NCBI GenBank assembly: GCA_037446635.1
Contig: JBBIIG010000061.1
Location: forward strand, 1 to 24,132
Source of the DNA: a bacterium
Lineage (GTDB): Bacteria; Zhuqueibacterota; Zhuqueibacteria; Oceanimicrobiales; Oceanimicrobiaceae
DNA length: 24,132 nucleotides
Direction of reading: 5' to 3'
Both the position numbers and the translations under genes were made by a program. A model generated the notes under the pieces. That model had not been told where the DNA came from, made no database searches, and saw only the letters and a program-made list of their open reading frames with translations. Of this stretch, positions 1-8,412 are shown in pieces. Position 1 is the first letter of the stretch, and each line of letters starts with the position of its first letter.

Positions 1-1196
1 AACGCATCCAGGAACACGCGCTTGGATTCCCTGAGCCCCACGCGAGCTTGCGGCCGCTTCGGCCCGGCGAGACTGGTCTCGACAGTGGAAAGATCGAGTG
101 CGAGGGTGTCGCTGAAAATCGGGTCCGGTGTATCGTCGGTGCGGAAGAGTCCCTGCTCTTTGCAATAAGCTTCGACTAATTGAACCAGCTCTTCGCTGCG
201 GCCGGTGTAGCGGAGGTAATTCAAAGTCTCGTTATCCACCGGAAAGAAACCGATGGTCGCGCCGTATTCCGGCGACATATTGCCGATGGTGGCGCGATCG
301 GCCAAAGTGAGGCTGCTGAGGCCAGCGCCGTAGTACTCAACGAATTTTCCCACCACGCCTTTTTTGCGCAGCATTTGCGTGACCGTCAGCACGAGGTCGG
401 TGGCAGTTGCGCCTTCCGCCAATTTGCCGGTGAATTTGAATCCAACGACTTCCGGAATGAGCATCGAAATAGGTTGGCCCAACATCGCTGCTTCGGCCTC
501 GATGCCGCCGACGCCCCAACCGACGACTCCGAGCCCGTTGATCATCGTGGTGTGGGAATCGGTGCCGACGAGGGTATCGGGGTAAGCGAAGGTTTTACTA
601 TTTTCCTGCGCCCGAAAAACGACTTGTCCGAGATATTCTAAATTCACTTGGTGGCAGATGCCGGTCTCCGGCGGCACCACGCGGAAATTCCGAAAGGCCT
701 TTTGCCCCCAGCGCAGAAACACGTAGCGCTCGCGATTGCGTTCGTACTCTTTGTCGGTGTTGAAACGAATAGCGGTGTCGTTGCCGAACATATCGACTTG
801 AATGGAGTGATCGATGACAAGGTCCACCGGAATTAGCGGATTGATTTTCTTCGCATCGCCGCCCAATGCTTTAATGGCATTGCGCATCGAAGCCAAATCC
901 ACCACCGCGGGCACGCCGGTGAAATCCTGCATCAGCACGCGCGCCGGCATGAAGGCGATTTCTTTGTCCGAGGGTTTGCCGTTCCATTTCGCCGCGGCCG
1001 CAATGTCGTCTTTTTTCACAAAGGCGTTGTCTTCGTTTCGCAGCAAATTTTCGATGAGAATTTTCATGGAGAATGGCAGACGAGAAATGTTAAAACCGGC
1101 TTTTTCAAGTGCGCTGAGTTTGAAAATTTCATACGACTGTTTGCCAATCTTGAGCGGCGACTGGCTGTTGAAACTATCGATTCGTTGCTTTTTCAT
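1..1196 (-). CDS. acnA: Aconitate hydratase AcnA, 5' part (runs off the window start)
   Basis: Not in the ORF track. Manual minus-strand translation from the ATG at 1196: [18 protein letters not shown]...[19 protein letters not shown]...[22 protein letters not shown]...[18 protein letters not shown]...[11 protein letters not shown]...[40 protein letters not shown] at 1205-1210. Confidence 0.97.
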   Translation of the reverse strand, partial: MKKQRIDSFNSQSPLKIGKQSYEIFKLSALEKAGFNISRLPFSMKILIENLLRNEDNAFVKKDDIAAAAKWNGKPSDKEIAFMPARVLMQDFTGVPAVVDLASMRNAIKALGGDAKKINPLIPVDLVIDHSIQVDMFGNDTAIRFNTDKEYERNRERYVFLRWGQKAFRNFRVVPPETGICHQVNLEYLGQVVFRAQENSKTFAYPDTLVGTDSHTTMINGLGVVGWGVGGIEAEAAMLGQPISMLIPEVVGFKFTGKLAEGATATDLVLTVTQMLRKKGVVGKFVEYYGAGLSSLTLADRATIGNMSPEYGATIGFFPVDNETLNYLRYTGRSEELVQLVEAYCKEQGLFRTDDTPDPIFSDTLALDLSTVETSLAGPKRPQARVGLRESKRVFLDA

Positions 1197-1269
1197 CGTG
1201 GCGACTCCTTAGGATTTTATGTAACTCAATCGTTCGGATTGAGATTCGATCTGGTGAAAAGTCGATTAA

Positions 1270-1298
1270 ATTATAATGAAACGGGGGCTGCAAAGCAA
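1270..1298 (-). promoter_or_regulatory. Candidate sigma70-type promoter for acnA
   Basis: Minus strand reads TTGCTT (1298-1293), 17 nt, TATAAT (1275-1270), about 75 nt upstream of the start codon. Confidence 0.5.
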
Positions 1299-1352
1299 CT
1301 ACTTTGTGAGGTGGGATAACGCTAAAACAGTGTTTGAGCAGACGGCGGAGGG

Positions 1353-1561
1353 TCAATCTCTAACTTGATGTTCTAAAAATTGCGCCAATGTTTTATTCAG
1401 ATTTTCATGGCGCAATTCGTTGTCAACCGCAACGATGATTCCGTTCTCGTTCACCAAAATTGTTTTGGGAAATCCCCACACATCGAACTTCTTTGATGGC
1501 GGCTTGCAATTCATCTCCTTTGAGCAGCACGTGCAGCAGTGAAAAGGAATCGTGCTTTCAT
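1353..1561 (-). pseudogene. Remnant of a TlpA/ResA-like redoxin (C-terminal part only)
   Basis: Minus strand gives KKFDVWGFPKTILVNENGIIVAVDNELRHENLNKTLAQFLEHQVRD*, a cis-Pro loop and last helix typical of TlpA-family proteins. It is preceded in other frames by LHVLLKGDELQAAI and MKARFLFT. No CxxC region is present. Confidence 0.6.
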
Positions 1562-1593
1562 CTTTGGCCCCCGTGCTTTTGGACGGTCAGGTT

Positions 1594-1619
1594 GAGGGTC
1601 AAACTGAAGTTTGACCCTC
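1594..1619. repeat. REP-like perfect hairpin GAGGGTCAAAC-TGAA-GTTTGACCCTC
   Basis: 11-bp perfect inverted repeat just after the stop of the propeller gene. A half copy (CGGAGGGTCAA) lies at 1346-1356. Confidence 0.75.
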
Positions 1620-1623
1620 CGGC

Positions 1624-2889
1624 TCAATTTGCAATCGCGTACAGCGCTTTATAGGTGCGCATGTAAATCGTGCCGTTGGCAACGGCTAACGAAGCGGCAG
1701 TCTGTTCTTTCATGGCATTTTGAGAAAGAATCTCGAACTGGCGGCCGGCTTTGATCACCGTCACCGTGCCGTCCATCGCAATAACGTAAACTTTGCCATC
1801 GGCATAAAGTGGCGAGGCGCGATGGCGGTGGCTGTAGCCGCGCTCGCGATAGAACTGCTGGCCGGTGTTGGCGTCGAGACAGATGAGCTGGCCGTTTTCG
1901 CGGCAGAGATAAACCAGGCCATCGTGAACCAGCGGCGAGGGCACGTCGGGTGTGAGGTTGTCAACTTGCCAGCGCAGATGAGTTTTGTTTTTGGTGATGT
2001 CGCCGCGCGCGCCCTCCGGGTTGATGCCGAGCACCGGCCCGCCTTTGGCCGACGGCACGACGATCAGTCCGGCGGTGACGGCCGGTGTCGCCACGAAGCG
2101 GTAGAGTGGATTGTACATCACCGAGTTTTGCAAGCCGCCGCTGCGCCAGATTTCGCTGCCGTCTTTGAGGTGGTGGCCGGTGATGTAATCGGCGCCGTGG
2201 ATGACGAGAAATTCCTGTCCATGGTAACGATACATGATGGGCGAGGCGTAGGAGTGCAGGCTTTCGGAATAGGCGTCGGTTTTGCGGTGGTGGTGCCAGA
2301 TTTCCGCGCCGGTAGTTTTGTTGAGCGCCACCACCGATTGCGTGTTAGTGTGCAGTAAGAGCAAATAAAGCCGATCACCGTCGAGGAGCGGCGACGTGGC
2401 CATGCCCCAATAGAGGTTGAATTTTTTATAGCGATCCTGCACGTCGAATTTCCAGATTTCGTTGCCGTTGAAATCGTAACAGGCGAGGTCGCCGGTGCCA
2501 AAGAACGCCCACACGTTTTTGCCGTCGGTGACCGGCGAGGAAGCCGCGGCGTTGCTTTCGCCCTGGCGAATGTCCTCATTGCCAGTGGCGACCCCTTTCT
2601 GCCACAGAAGTTGGCCCGCCGCGCTGACGCAAATGAGGACGAGTTCATCGCCGTCCGCAGAGGTGAGGAAGATGCGATCGCCCCAAACCACCGGCGTCGA
2701 GGGCGCGGGGCCGGGCAATTCCAGCCGCCACTTGATGTTTTCGTTGGGACTCCATTTTGCCGGCAGACCAGTCTCTGCGCTAACGCCATTATTTTGTGGA
2801 CCGCGCCACTGCGGCCAGTCGCCGGCCTTCGTTTGTATTGACAGGTTCAAACAACAGAGCAAAGCAGCAGCGGGAATCAAATTTTTCAT
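1624..2889 (-). CDS. Secreted PQQ-binding-like (BamB-type) beta-propeller repeat protein
   Basis: Signal peptide MKNLIPAAALLCCLNLSIQTKAG, then DWPQWRGP..NG, STPVVWGDRIF, SSPVTDG, SPLLDGDRL, YASP, SPLVHDGLVY, ASPLYADGKVY repeats. SD AGGAG precedes the ATG at 2889, so it is preferred over the longer track start. Confidence 0.9.
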   Translation of the reverse strand: MKNLIPAAALLCCLNLSIQTKAGDWPQWRGPQNNGVSAETGLPAKWSPNENIKWRLELPGPAPSTPVVWGDRIFLTSADGDELVLICVSAAGQLLWQKGVATGNEDIRQGESNAAASSPVTDGKNVWAFFGTGDLACYDFNGNEIWKFDVQDRYKKFNLYWGMATSPLLDGDRLYLLLLHTNTQSVVALNKTTGAEIWHHHRKTDAYSESLHSYASPIMYRYHGQEFLVIHGADYITGHHLKDGSEIWRSGGLQNSVMYNPLYRFVATPAVTAGLIVVPSAKGGPVLGINPEGARGDITKNKTHLRWQVDNLTPDVPSPLVHDGLVYLCRENGQLICLDANTGQQFYRERGYSHRHRASPLYADGKVYVIAMDGTVTVIKAGRQFEILSQNAMKEQTAASLAVANGTIYMRTYKALYAIAN

Positions 2890-2970
2890 TTCATCTCCTG
2901 AAACATCATTCTGAGAGTAGCCGTTTTCTAAAAATTGCACATTGAAAATTTGATTTTTGGGACTTCGTGG

Positions 2971-3618
2971 TCAGCGTTTCTGTTCGCGGCTTTGCTCCCT
3001 GTTCTGTTCGCCGCCGCCATGGCCACCCCTGCCGCCGCGGCGTCGATGCGAAGATGTCCGCTGTCCGCTGACGTAGTCCGCGTGCTGCTTGACTTTGCGG
3101 AATTCTGCGATGCTCAGGTTTCGCCAGGCAAAGTGAGAGCCATAAGTTAGTAAGGCAAGTGCAACCGCGCCCACAATCCACAGCAGAGATTTGTTTTCCA
3201 CGGCCGGCGGCTGCAGGGTCATAAATAAATTGAAGGCGATGAAAATCAACGCTGAGTTGAGCGCCCAGCCGCGCGAAATGCGCATGCGGCTGCGACTGTA
3301 TTCGAGCAAATCTCCGAGGCGTTCCGAGCCGCTATAAACCAGTCGGCGCGAGCGGTAGTAGTCGTTGATATTTTGAAACCAGCGATTGCGGAGTTTGCTG
3401 CTCCACAATTTTTCGAAGCCGGCGTCGGCCACGCGATCGAGGACAATCCCCAAGACATAAATTACCGCAATGGTTGGAAGCAAGTAATTGAGCGAAAACA
3501 ATTTTTCCAACGTGGGCGTCCACCCGGTGCCCAACAAACTAAGTGCAAGCAATGCAATCCAGATCGCCGCGCCGAGGCCGATGACAATAAGTTCAACGAA
3601 CAGGTTCGTGGTGTTCAT
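2971..3618 (-). CDS. Hypothetical membrane protein (about 4 TM helices, Arg/Gly-rich tail)
   Basis: 215-aa ORF with four hydrophobic segments and an AAGGAA SD-like motif; tail RRRGGRGGHGGGEQNREQSREQKR. Confidence 0.8.
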   Translation of the reverse strand: MNTTNLFVELIVIGLGAAIWIALLALSLLGTGWTPTLEKLFSLNYLLPTIAVIYVLGIVLDRVADAGFEKLWSSKLRNRWFQNINDYYRSRRLVYSGSERLGDLLEYSRSRMRISRGWALNSALIFIAFNLFMTLQPPAVENKSLLWIVGAVALALLTYGSHFAWRNLSIAEFRKVKQHADYVSGQRTSSHRRRGGRGGHGGGEQNREQSREQKR

Positions 3619-3636
3619 ATTGGTTCCTTAAGTTAG

Positions 3637-3795
3637 TTAGACTGTCCCGCTGACAACGCGGGGAGTGTTCGGAATTGGGCGGGCGGCTGCCCTTTCCGCA
3701 GAAACATCCGCGAGGATTTCCATCAGCGCCGGGCCGTGCCAGGCGTTTTTCCAAAATGCGCGATTGAGTTGATCGATGAGGCGCTCGATTTCCAG
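3637..3795 (-). pseudogene. Truncated DinB-family protein (N-terminal remnant)
   Basis: LEIERLIDQLNRAFWKNAWHGPALMEILADVSAERAAARPIPNT matches the DinB-superfamily N-terminus (AWHGP...E.L..V.AE.AAARP), then stops before the expected HSIWE..LH. GGAGG SD is present but the start position reads CTG. Confidence 0.7.
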
Positions 3796-3861
3796 ATTCT
3801 TCCTCCATCATTTTTAGGATGCGCGTAATGTACAAATAATCGAAAAAGATGTCAATGAAAC

Positions 3862-3896
3862 AAAAAAGCCTGCCTTGATAATGATTGGGGCAGGCT
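3862..3896 (-). terminator. Rho-independent terminator of trxA
   Basis: Minus strand AGCCTGCC-loop-GGCAGGCT followed by a T run, about 30 nt after the trxA stop. Confidence 0.75.
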
Positions 3897-3927
3897 CATG
3901 TTTTAGGTTGCTCAGCGCGGCAAAAAA

Positions 3928-4272
3928 TCAACTTGCGGCCACGCTTTCACTCAAAAAATAATTGAGCGTTTCAGCAAGCTCATGTTTTGGGCGCACGCCG
4001 ATGAGCCGCGCGGCTTCCTGGCCATTTTTGAAAATGATTAAAGTCGGGATGCTGCGAATGCCAAACTGCATGGCGACGTTTTGATTGTCATCCACGTTCA
4101 ATTTGCCCACTTTGATTTTGCCATCGAATTCATTGGCTAATTCTTTGACGGTGGGCGCGATCATGTGACACGGTCCGCACCATTCGGCCCAGAAATCCAC
4201 CAGCACCGGCGTACTCGAATTCAGAACTTCAGCTTTAAAATTGTCATCGGTAAATTGCAAAACTTTTTCCAT
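3928..4272 (-). CDS. trxA: Thioredoxin
   Basis: VLVDFWAEWCGPC active site, KLNVDDN, IRSIPTL cis-Pro motif; SD AAGGAG upstream of the ATG at 4272. Confidence 0.97.
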   Translation of the reverse strand: MEKVLQFTDDNFKAEVLNSSTPVLVDFWAEWCGPCHMIAPTVKELANEFDGKIKVGKLNVDDNQNVAMQFGIRSIPTLIIFKNGQEAARLIGVRPKHELAETLNYFLSESVAAS

Positions 4273-4409
4273 AACGAATCGCTCCTTTATGTTGTGCATT
4301 TCTCAAAACGACGGGCAAGGGTAATTTATTTCCACTTTGCCGTTCACAGAATTTGATGCACAAGGGAGGAAAAGGATACAAATCACCATTTGGTATTTTT
4401 GATAATTGA

Positions 4410-4844
4410 TCAAACCCGGTAGTAATCCCCTCGCCAATTTTTGATAGCGCGTTTGATATCGCCCTCGCTGAGGTTTTCGGCTGCGGCGCGTTTCTCCAAT
4501 TCTAAAAATTCCTCGTCGGAGGCGAAGCGCAGCCCGATGATCTGGCGAATGGTGAGCTTGGGATCCAGCAGCTTACCGGTCATCACAAAATGGCGCAGAT
4601 TCTCTTCGGCGCGGATGGCGCGGTCCTGCGCTCGCAGGGCAAACGCCCGTGTGTAATAGTGCACAACGGCCAGCGAGAAAGCCAGCACCGCGATAAGAGA
4701 AGCGCTGTACACGCCGGCGCCGCTGCCGACGGATTTGTAAAGATTCACCAGCGAGCCAATGAATGAAGCGTAAATCAAAAGCGATGACACGAAATGGTAC
4801 ATCGGCACCCAGCGCAGATGATTGGCGTAGTTCTGTTGTTTCAT
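4410..4844 (-). CDS. DUF6526-like small membrane protein
   Basis: QNYANH.R..P.YHFV, two TM helices, LRAQDRAIRAEENLRHFVMTGK, QIIGLRFASDEEF, IKRAIKNWRGDYYRV; strong SD AAGGAGG. Family name is from recall. Confidence 0.8.
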   Translation of the reverse strand: MKQQNYANHLRWVPMYHFVSSLLIYASFIGSLVNLYKSVGSGAGVYSASLIAVLAFSLAVVHYYTRAFALRAQDRAIRAEENLRHFVMTGKLLDPKLTIRQIIGLRFASDEEFLELEKRAAAENLSEGDIKRAIKNWRGDYYRV

Positions 4845-4942
4845 AAATTCCCTCCTTAAAAGTTTTGTTGTGGCCTAATTTAAAAAGATACTTTTTAATT
4901 GCAAGGTGCGCTTGCAACTTTGGGAGGGACAGCGTATTTTAT

Positions 4943-5287
4943 AACCGCAAAGAACGCAAAGCTCGCGCAAGAGGCCGCTAATAAAAAACAAGGTGATTAA
5001 ATATGATGGATTGATGGATTGTCGGCAAAGCCGGTCCGCTTTCTCGGAATGGATCACTGGATTAATGCAATTGCTGTTTCATTAATCCATTAATCCCTGC
5101 CTGAGCAGGCCCGCCTGCCTGTCCGCCTCGGTGGATCCGCTTCGCGGAAGGCTCCTGGCGGGCAGGCAAAGCCCCATTACTCCTCTTTGCAACAACTTAG
5201 ATTTCACTATCATAGAACTTGCCTGCCTGTGCAGACAGGTTAGACTTCAAAATTTGTGAATTATTGAGGTTAGCGAACTTTGCGGTT
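4943..5287. repeat. Cluster of nested short inverted repeats and mini-palindromes in the divergent intergenic region
   Basis: AACCGCAAAG (4943-4952) with its inverse CTTTGCGGTT (5278-5287); 8-mer arrays TGATGGAT (about 5004-5064) with inverse TCCATTAA (about 5078-5097); CCTGCCTG..CAGG palindromes at 5096-5168 and 5222-5239. Confidence 0.7.
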
Positions 5288-5319
5288 GAACTGGTTTTTG
5301 CCTGTGCAGAGAAGCTGAA

Positions 5320-6900
5320 ATGAAGCAATCTAAACCGGACGTCATCCAACTCGAGCTTTTTACCAACCGCTTTCGCGCCATCGTGCAGGAAATGGGCGAG
5401 ATGCTGCAACGCACCGCCATCTCCACCAACGTCAAAGAGCGGCTGGATTTTTCCTGCGCGCTGCTGGACGCCGAGGGCGAGCTGGTGGTGAACGCGCCCC
5501 ATTTGCCGGTGCATCTCGGCGCCATGGGGGTGTGTGTTCGCAGCGTTCGTGAAGTTCTGAAAATGGAACCGGGCGATGTAATCGTCACCAATCACCCGGC
5601 GTTCGGCGGCTCGCATTTGCCGGACGTCACAGTGGTGACGCCGGTCTATTTCAAAAACAAAAAGCTTTTGGGATACGTTGCCAACCGCGCCCACCACGCC
5701 GAGATTGGCGGCAGTCGCCCCGGCTCCATGCCGCCGTTTGCGAAAACGCTGGCCGAGGAAGGCGTGGTCATCGCGCCGTTTCATCTTTTCAAAAAAGGAA
5801 AAGCGAATTGGGAGAAGTTGCAGAAGCTGCTGACCAACGCGCCTTTTCCCACCCGCGCCCTCGAAGACAATCTCGCCGATCTGCGCGCAGCGGTGGCGGC
5901 CAATCATCGCGGCGCGACCGCTCTGACCAAACTTGCCGAAACCTACGGCGCGGCAACCATCCCGCATTTTATGGGGGAACTCAAAAGGCTCGCGGAGCAG
6001 AAAATCCGCGCCGCGCTCTCGGCGCTTCCCGACGGCGTTTACTCCGCCACCGAATTTTTGGACGACGGTTCCCCGCTGTCCGTCCAAATCGAAATCCGCG
6101 GTAACGAAGCCGTGGTGGATTTCACCGGCTCGGCAGACGTTCACCCCGGCAATTTGAACGCCACGCCGGCCATCGTCCGCAGCGTGGTGATTTACGTGCT
6201 GCGGCTGCTCATCAACGAGCCGCTGCCTCTTAATGAAGGCTTGATGCAGCCAATCACGGTGCGTATTCCAAAAGGTATATTGAATCCCAATTTTCCGGAT
6301 GATTCCGCCAAAGCGCCGGCGGTGGTGGGCGGCAACGTGGAAACCAGCCAGCGGTTAGTGGACACCCTGCTGAAGGCGCTGAAGCTCTCAGCGTGCAGTC
6401 AGGGCACGATGAACAACACGTTGTTTGGAACCGAGCATTTTGGTTATTACGAAACCGTGTGCGGCGGCTGCGGCGCCGGGCCAACGTTCGATGGCGCCAG
6501 CGCCGTTCACAGTCACATGACCAACACCCGCATCACCGATCCGGAAATTCTCGAGCACCGTTACCCGGTGCGATTGGAAAGATTTGCCATCCGCCGCGGC
6601 TCCGGCGGCGACGGCAAATTCCGCGGCGGCGACGGCGTCATCCGCGAGCTGACGTTTCTCAAAAAAATGAAGTTGTCGATTTTGAGCCAACATCGCAGTG
6701 AAGGACCGTTTGGATTAGAAGGCGGCGAACCCGGACAACCCGGCCGCCAGCGCATCATTCGCGCGGGCGGAGAAGTCGTCGAGCTCAAAGGCATCGATGG
6801 ATGCACGGTTTATCCCGGCGACCGCCTGATTTTGGAAACGCCTGGCGGAGGAGGATTTGGAAAACCAGTTGGCAGTAGGCAATTGGCAGTTCATAATTGA
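5320..6900 (+). CDS. Hydantoinase B / 5-oxoprolinase beta-type subunit
   Basis: EMGEMLQRTAISTNVKERLDFSCAL, PHLPVHLGAM, GGSHLPDVT, HHAEIGG..PGSMPP, GGNVETSQR, SQGTMNN, YYET.CGG.GA, HSHMTNTRITDPE.LE.RYP, ETPGGGGFG. Confidence 0.95.
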   Translation: MKQSKPDVIQLELFTNRFRAIVQEMGEMLQRTAISTNVKERLDFSCALLDAEGELVVNAPHLPVHLGAMGVCVRSVREVLKMEPGDVIVTNHPAFGGSHLPDVTVVTPVYFKNKKLLGYVANRAHHAEIGGSRPGSMPPFAKTLAEEGVVIAPFHLFKKGKANWEKLQKLLTNAPFPTRALEDNLADLRAAVAANHRGATALTKLAETYGAATIPHFMGELKRLAEQKIRAALSALPDGVYSATEFLDDGSPLSVQIEIRGNEAVVDFTGSADVHPGNLNATPAIVRSVVIYVLRLLINEPLPLNEGLMQPITVRIPKGILNPNFPDDSAKAPAVVGGNVETSQRLVDTLLKALKLSACSQGTMNNTLFGTEHFGYYETVCGGCGAGPTFDGASAVHSHMTNTRITDPEILEHRYPVRLERFAIRRGSGGDGKFRGGDGVIRELTFLKKMKLSILSQHRSEGPFGLEGGEPGQPGRQRIIRAGGEVVELKGIDGCTVYPGDRLILETPGGGGFGKPVGSRQLAVHN

Positions 6901-6988
6901 CCATTCACCATTCACAATTATCTTGCGGATCGCTTGGTTCGCCAGCCAAAATTGTCAATTGTAAATGATGAATTATTAATTGTGAATT
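6867..6988. repeat. Degenerate heptamer tandem repeats in inverted arrangement
   Basis: CAGTTGG/CAGTAGG/CAATTGG, then ACCATTC x2/ACAATTA, a spacer, then AATTGTC/AATTGTA/AATGATG/AATTATT/AATTGTG. Confidence 0.7.
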
Positions 6989-7011
6989 TTTTCAATCATC
7001 ATCGATCAAAA

Positions 7012-8334
7012 ATGAATCGTCTTTTCTCCATCCTCTTCTGGTCCATCCTCGCCGCCGCCTTCATCGGCCCGGGTACCATCACCACCTGCGCTTCGGCGGG
7101 CGCGAGTTACGGCTACGTCCTGCTGTGGACGCTGACGTTTTCCACCATCGCCACGCTGGTGCTGCAGGAAGCCAGCGCCCGCATCGCTATTGTTTCGGGA
7201 CTCAGCCTGGGACAGGCCATTCGCCAGCAGTACTTTGGAACCAAACGCGGGGTGCTCGTGCTCGCGCTGGTGGTGGGCGCGATCATTTTTGGCTGCGCCG
7301 CCTACGAGACCGGCAACATCCTCGGCGCGGTGAACGGCGCGGCGCTGGCCCTCGGCTGGTCTCCCAAAATTTTAACGTTGATGATCGGCGCGCTGGCGGG
7401 TTTCATCCTCTTTATCGGCGCCCCACGAACGGTTGCTTACGTTCTCAGCATCACAGTGGCGTTGATGGGCGTGGCCTTTCTGATCACGGCGCTGATGTTG
7501 AAGCCGCCGCTGTGGCCGTTGCTGCGCGGCTCGTTGCTGCCGTCGTTGCCGCTCGGTTCCGGGTTGCTGGTGCTGGGACTCGTGGGCACGACGGTGGTGC
7601 CGTACAACCTGTTTCTCGGCTCCGGCATCGCCGCGGGGCAATCGCTTTCGCAGATGCGATTTGGATTGGCGGTCTCCGTGATTTTGGGCGGCGTGATTTC
7701 CATGGGCGTCGTGGTGGTGGGCGCCGCGATTCACGGCGCCTTCGGTTTCGATACGTTGTCGCTGGCGTTGTCACAAAGATTGGGGAACTGGGCGCGTCTG
7801 TTTTTTGCTATCGGATTATTTGCCGCGGGATTTTCCTCGGCCATCACCGCGCCGCTGGCTGCGGCCATCACCGCCAGCAATCTTTTTGAGAAAGGAGGGG
7901 AGAATTTGTGGAGCGCAAGAGCTTGGCGCTATCGCGCAGTCTGGCTGAGCGTTTTGCTCACGGGCATTGGCTTCGGTCTCAGCGAGGTTCGCCCGATCCC
8001 AGCCATCATTTTGGCGCAGGCGCTGAATGGCGTGGTGCTGCCGTTTGCGGCCATTTTTCTGATGCTGGTTGTGAACGACCGCGCCGTGACCGGCGAAACC
8101 AACTTGAACGGGCGCTTCTCAAATTTTATTATGACCGCGGTGGTGGCGGTAGCGATTCTGCTGGGCGCTACCAACGTGCTGCGCGCCGCAGCAGCGATTT
8201 TTGAAATCGCGCCCAACGAAAACTGGATTTTGCTGCTATCTGGTTTCGTGGCTGCGGGTTTAGTTCTTCCCATTAGCCGCGCGTTGCGAGGCCGCCGCAG
8301 GAAAATAGTAACCCAGGATCCAACACGGTCTTAG
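7012..8334 (+). CDS. NRAMP/YcsG-family transporter
   Basis: AAAFIGPGTITTC..AGA.YGY.LLW, LQEASAR, GCAAYETGNI.G, GTTVVPYNLFL, FAAGFSSAITAP; about 11-12 TM segments. The ATG at 7012 is preferred because the upstream extension is repeat-derived. Confidence 0.9.
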   Translation: MNRLFSILFWSILAAAFIGPGTITTCASAGASYGYVLLWTLTFSTIATLVLQEASARIAIVSGLSLGQAIRQQYFGTKRGVLVLALVVGAIIFGCAAYETGNILGAVNGAALALGWSPKILTLMIGALAGFILFIGAPRTVAYVLSITVALMGVAFLITALMLKPPLWPLLRGSLLPSLPLGSGLLVLGLVGTTVVPYNLFLGSGIAAGQSLSQMRFGLAVSVILGGVISMGVVVVGAAIHGAFGFDTLSLALSQRLGNWARLFFAIGLFAAGFSSAITAPLAAAITASNLFEKGGENLWSARAWRYRAVWLSVLLTGIGFGLSEVRPIPAIILAQALNGVVLPFAAIFLMLVVNDRAVTGETNLNGRFSNFIMTAVVAVAILLGATNVLRAAAAIFEIAPNENWILLLSGFVAAGLVLPISRALRGRRRKIVTQDPTRS

Positions 8335-8346
8335 ATCGGGTTCTTC

Positions 8347-8372
8347 GTAACACAACATGAATGTTGTGTTAC
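8347..8372. repeat. Perfect hairpin GTAACACAACA-TGAA-TGTTGTGTTAC (REP-like, terminator or operator)
   Basis: 11-bp perfect inverted repeat between the transporter stop and the PNP promoter. Confidence 0.7.
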
Positions 8373-8377
8373 ATAAA

Positions 8378-8405
8378 TTGACTTTTCCATTTTATTTTCT
8401 AAATT
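8378..8405 (+). promoter_or_regulatory. Candidate promoter for PNP (possibly leaderless transcript)
   Basis: TTGACT (8378-8383), 16 nt, TAAATT (8400-8405); the ATG is 7 nt later and no SD is visible. Confidence 0.45.
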
Positions 8406-8412
8406 CAGAGCC

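Noticed and set aside
128..1212. Plus-strand ORFs 128-310, 180-641, 364-585, 648-836, 814-1212
   Set aside because: Antisense shadows of acnA, which is clearly encoded on the minus strand.
3593..3835. 80-aa minus-strand ORF in the track
   Set aside because: No family features; the overlapping alternative frame carries the DinB-like signal.
5197..6144. 315-aa minus-strand ORF
   Set aside because: Antisense to the oxoprolinase gene with no recognisable motifs; typical of GC-rich codon bias.
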